Shown here: piece after piece, positions 19,933 through 41,684 of the stretch
Layout of the letters: every line of letters starts with the position of its first letter
Position numbering within the stretch: position 1 is the stretch's first letter
NCBI RefSeq assembly: GCF_009914755.1
Contig: NC_060948.1
DNA length: 64,000 nt
Strand: one strand, 5' to 3'
Source of the DNA: the human T2T-CHM13v2.0 reference genome, Homo sapiens
The notes under the pieces: model-generated
The model's database searches: none
The model's input: the letters and a program-made list of their open reading frames with translations, nothing else
What the model was told of the DNA's origin: nothing
Position numbers and translations under genes: made by a program

Positions 19933-22033
19933 AGATCCATATTTTGTAAATGAAAAACAATTTCAAAGGTACTCTGCTTGGTACAATAATCAAATGTATA
20001 AACTGAGGAATGAAACATAACCATGAAACCTACTTATAACTGCATATGGAAAATACAGAGGATAATTTTTTAAATAACATATTTTGAAAGCCTTAACTAG
20101 TAATTTGAAGAGTTGGCATTTGAAAGGCCAGTATGAATATACCTTCAAAGCAGCAACACAGGTTCCCCATGAGAAAAAGCAAACTCAGGGAAAATAAAAC
20201 CACAAAGGTTCAATCTCTTCTGACCTTTGAAAGACACAGAACAGACAGTGGTCCTTAGGACGAAGAGCAGGAGACCCCTAATTCCGTCACCATGGCGATA
20301 GGGCATAAACATTGCTGGGTGAGGGCACAATCCACATTGTGAGGTCCAACTGCTGCCAGGAAGACAGGACTGCTTTTACATAGACCGAAAGGTCATTGAA
20401 GGCTCAGAGTTTTGTTTCAAGAACTGAATCCCAAGCCCACATGTTATTAGGCTGCGCTTCTTAAAACAAGTTATGAGATGGGAAAAAGGGCACCCACAAA
20501 CATACGTATACATTATGTATATAATAATATACAGTATCATATATATAATATATATAACCCATGTATAATATTGTTTTACATCCTGCATCTTATATTATAT
20601 ATATTGTATAAAATATAATAATTGATAATATATAAATTTTATATTTATACAATATGACATATAGTATATATTATAATTTATGACATATATAATATATGTT
20701 ATATATCATATATAGAATATATTATACGGTTAATATACGTATTAAATATAAATTATACATTATATATATTATATATAATATATCTGCTATATATAATACC
20801 CATTATGCATAATATATATATTATGTCTATGTTATATATAGTATAAAACAACATATAATAATATATAATTGTATATATAAAATGCGACATATAATATATA
20901 TTATATTTTATGACATATGTAATATATATTATATATTATATATAATACGTTGTATGTATAATACCTATATTAAATATAAATTATATGACTATGTTATTAA
21001 TTACATGTCACATATGTTATATATTATATAATTTACATAGAATATACCGGTTACATACAATATATACTATGTTACCTATAATGTATAATTGATTACATGT
21101 AAAATAAAGAATGCAATATATTATGTATAATTTATAATATACAATATGTGGAATGTGATATATATAACATATAATATATGATATATGATATACAGTATAT
21201 GATATATAACATACAATATATGATACCTAATATATATGGTATACAATATATATTTTATGATATGTATTCTCTATGTTTTATATTCTGTTATATATAACTA
21301 TTTGAAATTATATATAACTGTATAATATTTTATGTAAATATGTAATATAATATATAACTATATAATATATTATATATAACTATATATTATGTTATATATA
21401 CTTTTATAACATAATTTACATAAAATATCATAATATAATATATATTATATTATTTCATATTACATAATATATATTACATATCACCCAATATAAGTAACAT
21501 ACATAATATTTTAATATAGATTATATTATGTTATATTAAATATGATATATATCATGTATCATATATTCTATAATATATATGATACATTATATAATATGTA
21601 TGTTGTCTATTATGAGATATATATAACTATATATAATTATATTATTATACATATTACTAGATAAACATGTAATTCTACATATTTTCATTTATAATATGTA
21701 GAATTATATAATCATATATAATTATTTATGTTCTATAAAAAATTTTATCATTATATAAATTATAATATATAAAAATTATAATATGTACTACAAATATATA
21801 TATTATATATCATATATGATATAGTACCTTTGTTATATATCATAATACATATAAATGTGTATTATGTTATCTATAATTATATAATTTCATATATAAGATG
21901 TATAATATGTATCATATATTATATATGTTATGTAATATATATAGTATATATAAGATGACACAGGATAAATATTATATACTATGACATATAAAATATATGA
22001 GGTTATATGTTACATATAAGGCATAGCACATAA

Positions 22034-22348
<315 letters not shown>

Positions 22349-24446
22349 AGATCCATATTTTTTAAATGAAAAAAAATTTCAAAGGTACTCTGCTTGGTAC
22401 AATAATCAAATGTATAAACTGAGGAATAAAACATAACCATGAAACCTACTTATAACTGCATATGGAAAATACAGAGGATAATTTTTTAAATAACATATTT
22501 TGAAAGCCTTAACTAGTAATTTGAAGAGTTGGCATTTGAAAGGCCAGTATGAATATACCTTCAAAGCAGCAACACAGGTTCCCCATGAGAAAAAGCAAAC
22601 ACAGGGAAAATAAAACCACAAAGGTTCAATCTCTGCTGACCTTTGAAAGACACAGCACAGACAGTGGTCCTTAGGACGAAGAGCAGGAGAACCCTAATTC
22701 CGTCACCATGGCGATAGGGCATAAACATTGCTGGGTGAGGGCACAATCCACATTGTGAGGTCCAACTGCTGCCAGGAAGACAGGAGTGCTTTTACATAGA
22801 CCGAAAGGTCATTGAAGGCTCAGAGTTTTGTTTCAAGAACTGAATCCCAAGCCCACACGTTATTAGGCTGCGCTTCTTAAAACAAGTTATGAGATGGGAA
22901 AAAGGGCACCCAGAAACATACGTATACATTATGTATATAATAATATACAGTGTCATATATATAATATATATAACCTATGTATAATATTGTTTTACATCCT
23001 GCATCTTATGTTATATATATTGTATAAAATATAATAATTGATAATATATAAGTTTTATAATTATACAATATGACATACAGTATATATTATAATTTATGAC
23101 ATATATAATATATGTTATATATCATATATAGAATATATTATACGGTTAATGTACGTATTAAATATAAATTATACATTATATATATTATATATAATATATC
23201 TGTTATATATAATACTCATTATGCATAATATATATATTATGTCTATGTTATATATAGTATAAAACAACATATAATAATATATAATTGTATATATAAAATG
23301 CGACATATAATATATATTATATTTTATAACATATGTAATATATATTATATATAATACGTTGTATGTATAATACCTATATTAAATATATATTATATGACTA
23401 TGTTATTAATTACATGTCACATGTGTTATATATTATATATTTTACATAGAATATACCGGTTACATACAATATATACTATGTTACCTATAATGTATAATTT
23501 ATTACATGTAAAATAAAGAATGCAATATATTATGTAAAATTTATGATATACAATATGTGGAATGTGATATATATAACATATAATATATGATATATGATAT
23601 ACAGTATATGATATATAACATACAATATATGATTCCTAATATATATGGTATACAATATATATTTTATGATATGTATACTATATGTTTTATATTCTGTTAT
23701 ATATAACTATTTGAAATTATATATAACTGTATAATATTTTATGTAAATATGTAATATAATATATATAACAATATAATATATTATATATAACTATATATTA
23801 TGTTATATATACTTTTATAACATAATTTACATAAAATATCATAATATAATATATATTATATTATTTCATATTACATAATATATATTACATATCACCCAAT
23901 ATAACTAACATACATAATATTATAATATAGATTATATTATGTTATATTAAATATCATATATATCATGTATCATATATTCTATAATATATATTACACATTA
24001 TATAATATGTATGATGTCTATTATGTGATATATATAACTATATATATAATTATATTTTTATACATATAACTAGATAAACATGTAATTCTACATATTTTCA
24101 TTTATAATATGTAGAATTATATAATCATATATAATTATTTATATTCTATAAAAAATTTTATCATTATATAAATTATAATATATAAAAATTATAATATATA
24201 CTACAAATATATATATTATATATCATATATGATATAGTACCTTTGTTATATATCATAATACATATAAATGTGTATTATGTTATCTATAATTATATAATTT
24301 CATATATAAGATGTATAATATGTATCATATATTATATATGTTATGTAATATATATAGTATATATATGATGACACAGGATAAATATTATATACTATGACAT
24401 ATAAAATATATGAGGTTATATGTTACATATAAGGCATAGCACATAA

Positions 24447-24761
<315 letters not shown>

Positions 24762-26859
24762 AGATCCATATTTTTTAAATGAAAAAAAATTTCAAAGGTA
24801 CTCTGCTTGGTACAATAATCAAATGTATAAACTGAGGAATAAAACATAACCATGAAACCTACTTATAACTGCATATGGAAAATACAGAGGATAATTTTTT
24901 AAATAACATATTTTGAAAGCCTTAACTAGTAATTTGAAGAGTTGGCATTTGAAAGGCCAGTATGAATATACCTTCAAAGCAGCAACACAGGTTCCCCATG
25001 AGAAAAAGCAAACACAGGGAAAATAAAACCACAAAGGTTCAATCTCTTCTGACCTTTGAAAGACACAGCACAGACAGTGGTCCTTAGGACGAAGAGCAGG
25101 AGACCCCTAATTCCGTCACCATGGCGATAGGGCATAAACATTGCTGGGTGAGGGCACAATCCACATTGTGAGGTCCAACTGCTGCCAGGAAGACAGGAGT
25201 GCTTTTACATAGACCGAAAGGTCATTGAAGGCTCAGAGTTTTGTTTCAAGAACTGAATCCCAAGCCCACACGTTATTAGGCTGCGCTTCTTAAAACAAGT
25301 TATGAGATGGGAAAAAGGGCACCCAGAAACATACGTATACATTATGTATATAATAATATACAGTGTCATATATATAATATATATAACCTATGTATAATAT
25401 TGTTTTACATCCTGCATCTTATGTTATATATATTGTATAAAATATAATAATTGATAATATATAAGTTTTATAATTATACAATATGACATACAGTATATAT
25501 TATAATTTATGTCATATATAATATATGTTATATATCATATATAGAATATATTATACGGTTAATATACGTATTAAATATAAATTATACATTATATATATTA
25601 TATATAATATATCTGTTATATATAATACTCATTATGCATAATATATATATTATGTCTATGTTATATATAGTATAAAACAACATATAATAATATATAATTG
25701 TATATATAAAATGCGACATATAATATATATTATATTTTATAACATATGTAATATATATTATATATAATACGTTGTATGGATAATACCTATATTAAATATA
25801 TATTATATGACTATCTTATTAATTACATGTCACATGTGTTATATATTATATATTTTACATAGAATATACCGGTTACATACAATATATACTATGTTACCTA
25901 TAATGTATAATTTATTACATGTAAAATAAAGAATGCAATATATTATGTATAATTTATAATATACAATATGTGGAATGTGATATATATAACATATAATATA
26001 TGATATATGATATACAGTATATGATATATAACACACAATATATGATACCTAATATATATGGTATACAATATATATTTTATGATATGTATTCTATATGTTT
26101 TATATTCTGTTATATATAACTACTTGAAATTATATATAACTATGTAATATTTTATGTAAATATGTAATATAATATATATAGCTATATAATATATTATATA
26201 TAACTATATATTATGTTATATATACTTTTATAACATAATTTACATTAAATATCATAATATAATATATATTATATTATTTCACATTACATAATATATATTA
26301 CATATCACCCAATATAAGTAACATACATAATATTATAATATAGATTATATTATGTTATATTAAATATCATATATATCATGTATCATATATTCTATAATAT
26401 ATATTACACATTATATAATATGTATGTTGTCTATTATGTGATATATATAACTATATATATAATTATATTATTATACATATAACTAGATAAACATGAAATT
26501 CTACATATTTTCATTTATAATATATAGAATTATATAATCATATATAATTATTTATATTCTATAAAAAATTATATCATTATATAAATTATAATATATAAAA
26601 ATTATAATATGTACTACAAATATATATATTATATATCATATATGATATAGTACCTTTGTTATATATCATAATACATATAAATGTGTATTATGTTATCTAC
26701 AATTATATAATTTCATATATAAGATATATAATATGTATTATATATTGTATATGTTATGTAATATATATAGTATATATAAGCTGACACAGGATAAATATTA
26801 TATACTATGACATATAAAATATATGAGGTTATATGTTACATATAAGGCATAGCACATAA

Positions 26860-27174
<315 letters not shown>

Positions 27175-29284
27175 AGATCCATATTTTGTAAATGAAAAAA
27201 AATTTCAAAGGTACTCTGCTTGGTACAATAATCAAATGTATAAACTGAGGAATGAAACATAACCATGAAACCTACTTATAACTGCATATGGAAAATACAG
27301 AGGATAATTTTTAAAATAACATATTTTGAAAGCCTTAACTAGTAATTTGAAGAGTTGGCATTTGAAAGGCCAGTATGAATATACCTTCAAAGCAGCAACA
27401 CAGGTTCCCCATGAGAAAAAGCAAACTCAGGGAAAATAAAACCATAAAGGTTCAATCTCTTCTGACCTTTGAAAGACACAGCACAGACAGTGGTCCTTAG
27501 GACGAAGAGCAGGAGACCCCTAATTCCGTCACCATGGCGATAGGGCATAAACATTGCTGGGTGAGGGCACAATCCACATTGTGAGGTCCAACTGCTGCCA
27601 GGAAGACAGGAGTGCTTTTACATAGACCGAAAGGTCATTGAAGGCTCAGAGTTTTGTTTCAAGAACTGAATCCCAAGCCCACACGTTATTAGGCTGCGCT
27701 TCTTAAAACAAGTTATGAGATGGGAAAAAGGGCACCCACAAACATACGTATACATTATGTATATAATAATATACAGTATCATATATATAATATATATAAC
27801 CTATGTATAATATTGTTTTACATCCTGCATCTTATATTATATATATTGTCTTAAATATAATAATTGATAATATATAAGTTTTATATTTATACAATATGAC
27901 ATATAGTATATATTATAATTTATGACATATATAATATGTGTTATATATCATATATAGAATATATTATACGGTTAATATACGTATTAAATATAAATTATAC
28001 ATTATATATATTATATATAATATATCTGTTATATATAATACCCATTATGCATAATATGTATATTATGTCTATGTTATATATAGTATAAAACAACATATAA
28101 TAATATATAATTGTATATATAAAATGCGACATATAATATATATTATATTTTATGACATATGTAATATATATTATATATTATATATAATACGTTGTATGTA
28201 TAATACCTATATTAAATATATATTATATGACTATGTTATTAATTACATGTCACATGGGTTATATATTATATATTTTACATAGAATATACCGGTTACATAC
28301 AATATATACTATGTTACCTATAATGTATAATTGATTACATGTAAAATAAAGAATGCAATATATTATGTATAATTTATAATATACAATATGTGGAATGTGA
28401 TATATATAACATATAATATATGATATATGATATACAGTATATGATATATAACATACAATATATGATACCTAGTATATATGGTATACAATATATATTTTAT
28501 GATATGTATTCTATATGTTTTATATTCTGTTATATATAACTATTTGAAATTATATATAACTGTATAATATTTTATGTAAATATGTAATATAATATATATA
28601 ACTATATAATATATTATATATAACTATATATTATGTTATATATACTTTTATATCATAATTTACATAAAATGTCATAATATAATATATATTATATTATTTC
28701 AAATTACATAATATATATTACATATCACCCAATATAAGTAACATACATAATATTATAATATAGATTATATTATGTTATGTTAAATATCATATATATCATG
28801 TATCATATATTCTATTATATATATTATACATTATATAATATGTATGTTGTCTATTATGTGATATATATAACTATATATTATTATATTATTATACATATAA
28901 CTAGATAAACATGTAATTCTACATATTTTCATTTATAATATATAGAATTATATAATCATATATAATTATTTATATTCTATAAAAAATTATATCATTATAT
29001 AAATTATAATATAAAAAAATTATAATATGTACTACAAATATATATATTATATATCATATATGATATAGTACCTTTGTTATATATCATAATACATATAAAT
29101 GTGTATTATGTTATCTATAATTATATAATTTCATATATAAGATGTATAATATGTATTATATATTGTATATGTTATGTAATGTATATAGTATATATAAGCT
29201 GACACAGGATAAATATTATATACTATGACATATAAAATATATGAGGTTATATGTTACATATAAGGCATAGCACATAACATGTAA

Positions 29285-29591
<307 letters not shown>

Positions 29592-31701
29592 AGATCCATA
29601 TTTTTTAAATGAAAAAAAATTTCAAAGGTACTCTGCTTAGTACAATAATCAAATGTATAAACTGAGGAATAAAACATAACCATGAAACCTACTTATAACT
29701 GCATATGGAAAATACAGAGGATAATTTTTTAAATAACATATTTTGAAAGCCTTAACTAGTAATTTGAAGAGTTGGCATTTGAAAGGCCAGTATGAATATA
29801 CCTTCAAAGCAGCAACACAGGTTCCCCATGAGAAACAGCAAACTGAGGGAAAATAAAACCACAAAGGTTCAATCTCTTCTGACCTTTGAAAGACACAGCA
29901 CAGACAGTGGTCCTTAGGACGAAGAGCAGGAGACCCCTAATTCCGTCACCATGGCGATAGGGCATAAACATTGCTGGGTGAGGGCACAATCCACATTGTG
30001 AGGTCCAACTGCTGCCAGGAAGACAGGAGTGCTTTTACATAGACCGAAAGGTCACTGAAGGCTCAGAGTTTTGTTTCAAGAACTGAATCCCAAGCCCACA
30101 CGTTATTAGGCTGCGCTTCTTAAAACAAGTTATGAGATGGGAAAAAGGGCACCCACAAACATACGCATACATTATGTATATAATAATATACAGTATCATA
30201 TATATAATATATATAACCTATGTATAATATTGTTTTACATCCTGCATCTTATATTATATATATTGTCTAAAATATAATAATTGATAATATATAAGTTTTA
30301 TATTTATACAATATGACATATAGTATATATTATAATTTATGACATATATAATATATGTTATATATCATATATAGAATATATTATACGGTTAATATACGTT
30401 TTAAATATAAATTATACATTATATATATTATATATAATATATCTGTTATATATAATACCCATTATGCATAATATGTATATTATGTCTGTTATATATAGTA
30501 TAAAACAACATATAATAATACATAATTGTATATATAAAATGCGACATATAATATATATTTTATTTTATGACATATGTAATATATATTATATATTATATAT
30601 AATACGTTGTATGTATAATACCAATATTAAATATATATTATATGACTATGTTATTAATTACATGTCACATATGTTATATATTATATATTTTACATAGAAT
30701 ATACCGGTTACATACAATATATACTATGTTACCTATAATGTATAATTGATTACATGTAAAATAAAGAATGCAATATATTATGTATAATTTATAATATACA
30801 ATATGTGGAATGTGATATATATAACATATAATATATGATATATGATATACAGTATATGATATATAACATACAATATATGATACCTAGTATATATGGTATA
30901 CAATATATATTTTATGGTATGTATTCTATATGTTTTATATTCTGTTATATATAACTATTTGAAATTATATATAACTGTATAATATTTTATGTAAATATGT
31001 AATATAATATATATAACTATATAATATATTATATATAACTATATATTATGTTATATATACTTTTATAACATAATTTACATAAAATGTCATAATATAATAT
31101 ATATTATATTATTCCACATTACATAATATATATTACATATCACCCAATATAAGTAACATAGATAATATTATAATATAGATTATATTATGTTATATTAAAT
31201 ATCATATATATCATGTATCATATATTCTATAATATATATTACACATTATATAATATGTATGTTGTCTATTATGTGATATATATAACTATATATATAATTA
31301 TATTATTATACATATAACTAGATAAACATGTAATTCTACATATTTTCATTTATAATACATAGAATTATATAATCATATATAATTATTTATATTCTATAAA
31401 AAATTATATCATTATATAAATTATAATATAAAAAAATTATAATATGTACTACAAATATATATATTATATATCATATATGATATAGTACCTTTGTTATATA
31501 TCATAATACATATAAATGTGTATTATGTTATCTATAATTATATAATTTCATATATAAGATATATAATATGTATTATATATTGTATATGTTATGTAATGTA
31601 TATAGTATATATAAGCTGACACAGGATAAATATTATATACTATGACATATAAAATATATGAGGTTATATGTTACATATAAGGCATAGCACATAACATGTA
31701 A

Positions 31702-32008
<307 letters not shown>

Positions 32009-34106
32009 AGATCCATATTTTTTAAATGAAAAAAAATTTCAAAGGTACTCTGCTTGGTACAATAATCAAATGTATAAACTGAGGAATAAAACATAACCAT
32101 GAAACCTACTTATAACTGCATATGGAAAATACAGAGGATAATTTTTTAAATAACATATTTTGAAAGCCTTAACTAGTAATTTGAAGAGTTGGCATTTGTA
32201 AGGCCAGTATGAATATACCTTCAAAGCAGAAACACATGTTCCCCATGAGAAAAAGCAAACTCAGGGAAAATAAAATCACAAAGGTTCAATCTCTTCTGAC
32301 CTTTGAAAGACACAGCACAGACAGTGGTCCTTAGGACGAAGAGCAGGAGACCCCTAATTCCGTCACCATGGCGATAGGGCATAAACATTGCTGGGTGAGG
32401 GCACAATCCACATTGTGAGGTCCAACTGCTGCCAGGAAGACAGGAGTGCTTTTACATAGACCGAAAGGTCATTGAAGGCTCAGAGTTTTGTTTCAAGAAC
32501 TGAATCCCAAGCCCACACGTTATTAGGCTGCGCTTCTTAAAACAAGTTATGAGATGGGAAAAAGGGCACCCACAAACATACGTATACATTATGTATATAA
32601 TAATATACAGTATCATATATAAAATATGTATAACCTATGTATAATATTGTTTTACATCCTGCATCTTATATTATATATATTGTATAAAATATAATAATTG
32701 ATAATATATAAGTTTTATATTTATACAATATGACATATAGTATATATTATAATTTATGACAGATATAATATATGTTACATCTCATATATAGAATATATTA
32801 TACGGTTAATATACGTATTAAATATAAATTATACATTATATATATTATGTAAAATATATCTGTTATATATAATACCCATTATGCATAATATATATATTAT
32901 GTCTATGTTATATATAGTATAAAACAACATATACTAATATATAATTGTATATATAAAATGCGACATATAATATATATTATATTTTATGACATATGTAATA
33001 TGTATTATATATTATATATAATACGTTGTATGTATAATACCTATATTAAATATATATTATATGACTATGTTATTAATTACATGTCACATATGTTATATAT
33101 TATATATTTTACATAGAATATACCGGTTACATGCAATATATACTATGTTACCTATAATGTATAATTGATTACATGTAAAATAAAGAATGCAATATATTAT
33201 GTATAATTTATAATATACAATATGTGGAATGTGATATATATAACATATAATATATGATATATGATATACAGTATATGATATATAACATACAATATATGAT
33301 ACCTAATATATATGGTATACAATATATATTTTATGATATGTATTCTATATGTTTTATATTCTGTTATATATAACTATTTGAAATTATATATAACTGTATA
33401 ATATTTTATGCAAATATGTAATATAATATATATAACTATATAATATATTATATATAACAATATATTATGTTATATATACTTTTATAACATAATTTACATT
33501 AAATATCATAATATAATATATATTATATTATTTCACATTACATAATATATATTACATATCACCCAATATAAGTAACATAGATAATATTATAATATAGATT
33601 ATATTATGTTATATTAAATATCATATATATCATGTATCATATATTCTATAATATATATTACACATTATATAATATGTATGTTGTCTATTATGTGATATAT
33701 ATAACTATATATATAATTATATTATTATACATATAACTAGATAAACATGTAATTCTACATATTTTCATTTATAATATATAGAATTATATAATCATATATA
33801 ATTATTTATATTCTATAAAAAATTATATCATTGTATAAATTATAATATAAAAAAATTATAATATGTACTACAAATATATATATTATATATCATATATGAT
33901 ATAGTACCTTTGTTATATATCATAATACATATAAATGTGTATTATGTTATCTATAATTATATAATTTCATATATAAGATATATAATATGTATTATATATT
34001 GTATATGTTATGTAATATATATAGTATATATAAGCTGACACAGGATAAATATTATATACTATGACATATAAAATATATGAGGTTATATGTTACATATAAG
34101 GCATAG

Positions 34107-34427
<321 letters not shown>

Positions 34428-36555
34428 AGATCCATATTTTTTAAATGAAAAAAAATTTCAAAGGTACTCTGCTTGGTACAATAATCAAATGTATAAACTG
34501 AGGAATAAAACATAACCATGAAACCTACTTATAACTGCATATGGAAAATACAGAGGATAATTTTTTAAATAACATATTTGGAAAGCCTTAACTAGTAATT
34601 TGAAGAGTTGGCATTTGTAAGGCCAGTATGAATATACCTTCAAAGCAGCAACACAGGTTCCCCATGAGAAAAAGCAAACTCAGGGAAAATAAAACCACAA
34701 AGGTTCAATCTCTTCTGACCTTTGAAAGACACAGCACAGACAGTGGTCCTTAGGACGAAGAGCAGGAGACCCCTAATTCCGTCACCATGGCGATAGGGCA
34801 TAAACATTGCTGGGTGAGGGCACAATCCACATTGTGAGGTCCAACTGCTGCCAGGAAGACAGGAGTGCTTTTACATAGACCGAAAGGTCATTGAAGGCTC
34901 AGAGTTTTGTTTCAAGAACTGAATCCCAAGCCCACACGTTATTAGGCTGCGCTTCTTAAAACAAGTTATGAGATGGGAAAAAGGGCACCCACAAACATAC
35001 GTATACATTATGTATATAATAATATACAGTATCATATATAAAATATGTATAACCAATGTATAATATTGTTTTACATCCTGCATCTTATATAATATATATT
35101 GTATAAAATATAATAATTGATAATATATAAGTTTTATATTTATACAATATGACATATAGTATATATTATACTTTATGACATATATAATATATGTTATATA
35201 TCATATATAGAATATATTATACGGTTAATATACGTATTAAATATAAATTATACATTATATATATTATATAAAATATATCTGTTATATATAATACCCATTA
35301 TGCATAATATATATATTATGTCTATGTTATATATAGTATAAAACAACATATAATAATATATAATTGTATATATAAAATGCGACATATAATATATATTATA
35401 TTTTATGACATATGTAATATATATTATATATTATATATCATACGTTGTATGTATAATACCTATGTTAAATATATATTATATGACTATGTTATTAATTACA
35501 TGTCACATATGTTATATATTATATATTTTACATAGAATATACCGGTTACATACAATATATACTATGTTACCTATAATGTATAATTGATTACATGTAAAAT
35601 AAAGAATGCAATATATTATGTATAATTTATAATATACAATATGTGGAATGTGATATATATAACATATAATATATGATATATGATATACAGTATATGATAT
35701 ATAACATACAATATATGATACCTAATATATATGGTATACAATATATATTTTATGATATGTATTCTATATGTTTTATATTCTGTTATATATAACTATTTGA
35801 AATTATATATAACTGTATAATATTTTATGTAAATATGTAATATAATATATATAACTATATAATATATTATATATAACTATATATTATGTTATATATACTT
35901 TTATAACATAATTTACATAAAATGTCATAATATAATATATATTATATTATTTCACATTACATAATATATATTACATATCACCCAATATAAGTAACATACA
36001 TAATATTATAATATAGATTATATTATGTTATATTAAATATCACATATATCATGTATCATATATTCTATAATATATATTACACATTATATAATATGTATGT
36101 TGTCTATTTTGTGATATATAAAACTATATATATAATTATATTATTATACATATAACTAGATAAACATGTAATTCTACATATTTTCGTTTGTAATATATAG
36201 AATTATATAATCATATATAATTATTTATATTCTATAAAAAATTATATCATTATATAAATTATAATATAAAAAAATTATAATATGTACTACAAATATACAT
36301 ATTATATATCATATATGATATAGTACCTTTGTTATATATCATAATACATATAAATGTGTATTATGTTATCTATAATTATATATTTTCATATATAAGATGT
36401 ATAATATGTATTATATATTGTCTATGTTATGTAATATATATAGTATATGTAAGCTGACACAGGATAAATATTATATACTATGAGATATAAAATATATGAG
36501 GTTATATGTTACATATAAGGCATAGCACATAACATGTAATATATATCATATATAA

Positions 36556-36847
<292 letters not shown>

Positions 36848-38945
36848 AGATCCATATTTTTTAAATGAAAAAAAATTTCAAAGGTACTCTGCTTGGTACA
36901 ATAATCAAATGTATAAACTGAGGAATAAAACATAACCATGAAACCTACTTATAACTGCATATGGAAAATACAGAGGATAATTTTTTAAATAACATATTTT
37001 GAAAGCCTTAACTAGTAATTTGCAGAGTTGGCATTTGAAAGGCCAGTATGAATATACCTTCAAAGCAGCAACACAGGTTCCCCATGAGAAAAAGCAAACT
37101 CAGGGAAAATAAAACCACAAAGGTTCAATCTCTTCTGACCTTTGAAAGACACAGCACAGACAGTGGTCCTTAGGACGAAGAGCAGGAGACCCCTAATTCC
37201 GTCACCATGGCGATAGGGCATAAACATTGCTGGGTGAGGGCACAATCCACATTGAGAGGTCCAACTGCTGCCAGGAAGACAGGAGTGCTTTTACATAGAC
37301 CGAAAGGTCATTGAAGGCTCAGAGTTTTGTTTCAAGAACTGAATCCCAAGCCCACACGTTATTAGGCTGCGCTTCTTAAAACAAGTTATGAGATGGGAAA
37401 AAGGGCACCCACAAACATATGTATACATTATGTATATAATAATATACAGTATCATATATATAATATATATAACCTATGTATAATATTGTTTTACATCATG
37501 CATCTTATATTATATATATTGTATAAAATATAATAATTCATAATATATAACGTTTATATTTATACAATATGACATATAGTATATATTATAATTTATGACA
37601 TATATAATATATGTTATATATCATATATAGAATATATTATACGGTTAATATACGTATTAAATATAAATTATACATTATATATATTATATAAAATATATCT
37701 GTTATATATAATACCCTTTATGCATAATATATATATTATGTCTATGTTATATATAGTATAAAACAACATATAATAATATATAATTGTATATATAAAATGC
37801 GACATATAATATATATTATATTTTATGACATATGTAATATATATTATATATTATATATAATACGTTGTATGTATAATACCTATATTAAATATATATTATA
37901 TGACTATGTTATTAATTACATGTCACATATCTTATATATTACATATTTTACATAGAATATACCGGTTACATGCAATATATACTATGTTACCTATAATGTA
38001 TAATTGATTACATGTAAAATAAAGAATGCAATATATTATGTATAATTTATAATATACAATATGTGGAATGTGATATATATAACGTATAATATATGATATA
38101 TGATATACAGTATATGATATATAACATACAATATATGATACCTAATATATATGGTATACAATATATATTTTATGATATGTATTCTATATGTTTTATATTC
38201 TGTTATATATAACTATTTGAAATTATATATAACTGTATAATATTTTATGCAAATATGTAATATAATATATATAACTATATAATATATTATATATAACTAT
38301 ATATTATGTTATATATACTTTTATAACATAATTTACATTAAATATCATAATATAATATATATTATATTATTTCACATTACATAATATATATTACATATCA
38401 CCCAATATAAGTAACATACATAATATTATAATATAGATTATATTATGTTATATTAAATATCATATATATCATGTATCATATATTCTATAATATATATTAC
38501 ACATTATATAATATGTATGTTGTCTATTATGTGATATATATAACTATATATATAATTATATTATTATACATATAACTAGATAAACATGTAATTCTACATA
38601 TTTTCATTTATAATATATAGAATTATATAATCATATATAATTATTTATATTCTATAAAAAATTATATCATTATATAAATTATAATATAAAAAAATTATAA
38701 TATGTACTACAAATATATATATTATATATCATATATGATATAGTACCATTGTTATATATCATAATACATATAAATGTGTATTATGTTATCTATAATTATA
38801 TAATTTCATATATAAGATGTATAATATGTATTATATATTGTATATGTTATGTAATATATATAGTATATATAAGGTGACACAGGATAAATATTATATACTA
38901 TGACATATAAAATATATGAGGTTATATGTTACATATAAGGCATAG

Positions 38946-39266
<321 letters not shown>

Positions 39267-41363
39267 AGATCCATATTTTTTAAATGAAAAAAAATTTCAA
39301 AGGTACTCTGCTTGGTACAATAACCAATATATAAACTGAGGAATAAAACATAACCATGAAACCTACTTATAACTGCATATGGAAAATACAGAGGATAATT
39401 TTTTAAATAACATATTTTGAAAGCCTTAACTAGTAATTTGAAGAGTTGGCATTTGTAAGGCCAGTATGAATATACCTTCAAAGCAGCAACACAGGTTCCC
39501 CATGAGAAAAAGCAAACTCAGGGAAAATAAAACCACAAAGGTTCAATCTCTTCTGACCTTTGAAAGACACAGCACAGACAGTGGTCCTTAGGACGAAGAG
39601 CAGGAGACCCCTAATTCCGTCACCATGGCGATAGGGCATAAACATTGCTGGGTGAGGGCACAATCCACATTGTGAGGTCCAACTGCTGCCAGGAAGACAG
39701 GAGTGCTTTTACATAGACCGAAAGGTCATTGAAGGCTCAGAGTTTTGTTTCAAGAACTGAATCCCAAGCCCACACGTTATTAGGCTGCGCTTCTTAAAAC
39801 AAGTTATGAGATGGGAAAAAGGGCACCCACAAACATACGTATACATTATGTATATAATAATATACAGTATCATATATAAAATATGTATAACCTATGTATA
39901 ATATTGTTTTACATCCTGCATCTTATATTATATATATTGTATAAAATATAATAATTGATAATATATAAGTTTTATATTTATACAATATGACATATAGTAT
40001 ATATTATAATTTATGACAGATATAATATATGTTACATCTCATATATAGAATATATTATACGGTTAATATACGTATTAAATATAAATTATACATTATATAT
40101 ATTATGTAAAATATATCTGTTATATATAATACCCATTATGCATAATATATATATTATGTCTATGTTATATATAGTATAAAACAACATATACTAATATATA
40201 ATTGTATATATAAAATGCGACATATAATATATATTATATTTTATGACATATGTAATATGTATTATATATTATATATAATACGTTGTATGTATAATACCTA
40301 TATTAAATATATATTATATGACTATGTTATTAATTACATGTCACATATGTTATATATTATATATTTTACATAGAATATACCGGTTACATGCAATATATAC
40401 TATGTTACCTATAATGTATAATTGATTACATGTAAAATAAAGAATGCAATATATTATGTATAATTTATAATATACAATATGTGGAATGTGATATATATAA
40501 CATATAATATATGATATATGATATACAGTATATGATATATAACATACAATATATGATACCTAATATATATTGTATACAATATATATTTTATGATATGTAT
40601 TCTATATGTTTTATATTCTGTTATATATAACTATTTGAAATTATATATAACTGTATAATATTTTATGCAAATATGTAATATAATATATATAACTATATAA
40701 TATATTATATATAACAATATATTATGTTATATATACTTTTATAACATAATTTACATTAAATATCATAATATAATATATATTATATTATTTCACATTACAT
40801 AATATATATTACATATCACCCAATATAAGTAACATAGATAATATTATAATATAGATTATATTATGTTATATTAAATATCATATATATCATGTATCATATA
40901 TTCTATAATATATATTACACATTATATAATATGTATGTTGTCTATTATGTGATATATATAACTATATATATAATTATATTATTATACATATAACTAGATA
41001 AACATGTAATTCTACATATTTTCATTTATAATATATAGAATTATATAATCATATATAATTATTTATATTCTATAAAAAATTATATCATTATATAAATTAT
41101 AATATAAAAAAATTATAATATGTACTACAAATATATATATTATATATCATATATGATATAGTACCTTTGTTATATATCATAATACATATAAATGTGTATT
41201 ATGTTATCTATAATTATATAATTTCATATATAAGATATATAATGTGTATTATATATTGTATATGTTATGTAATATATATAGTATATATAAGCTGACACAG
41301 GATAAATATTATATACTATGACATATAAAATATATGAGGTTATATGTTACATATAAGGCATAG

Positions 41364-41684
<321 letters not shown>
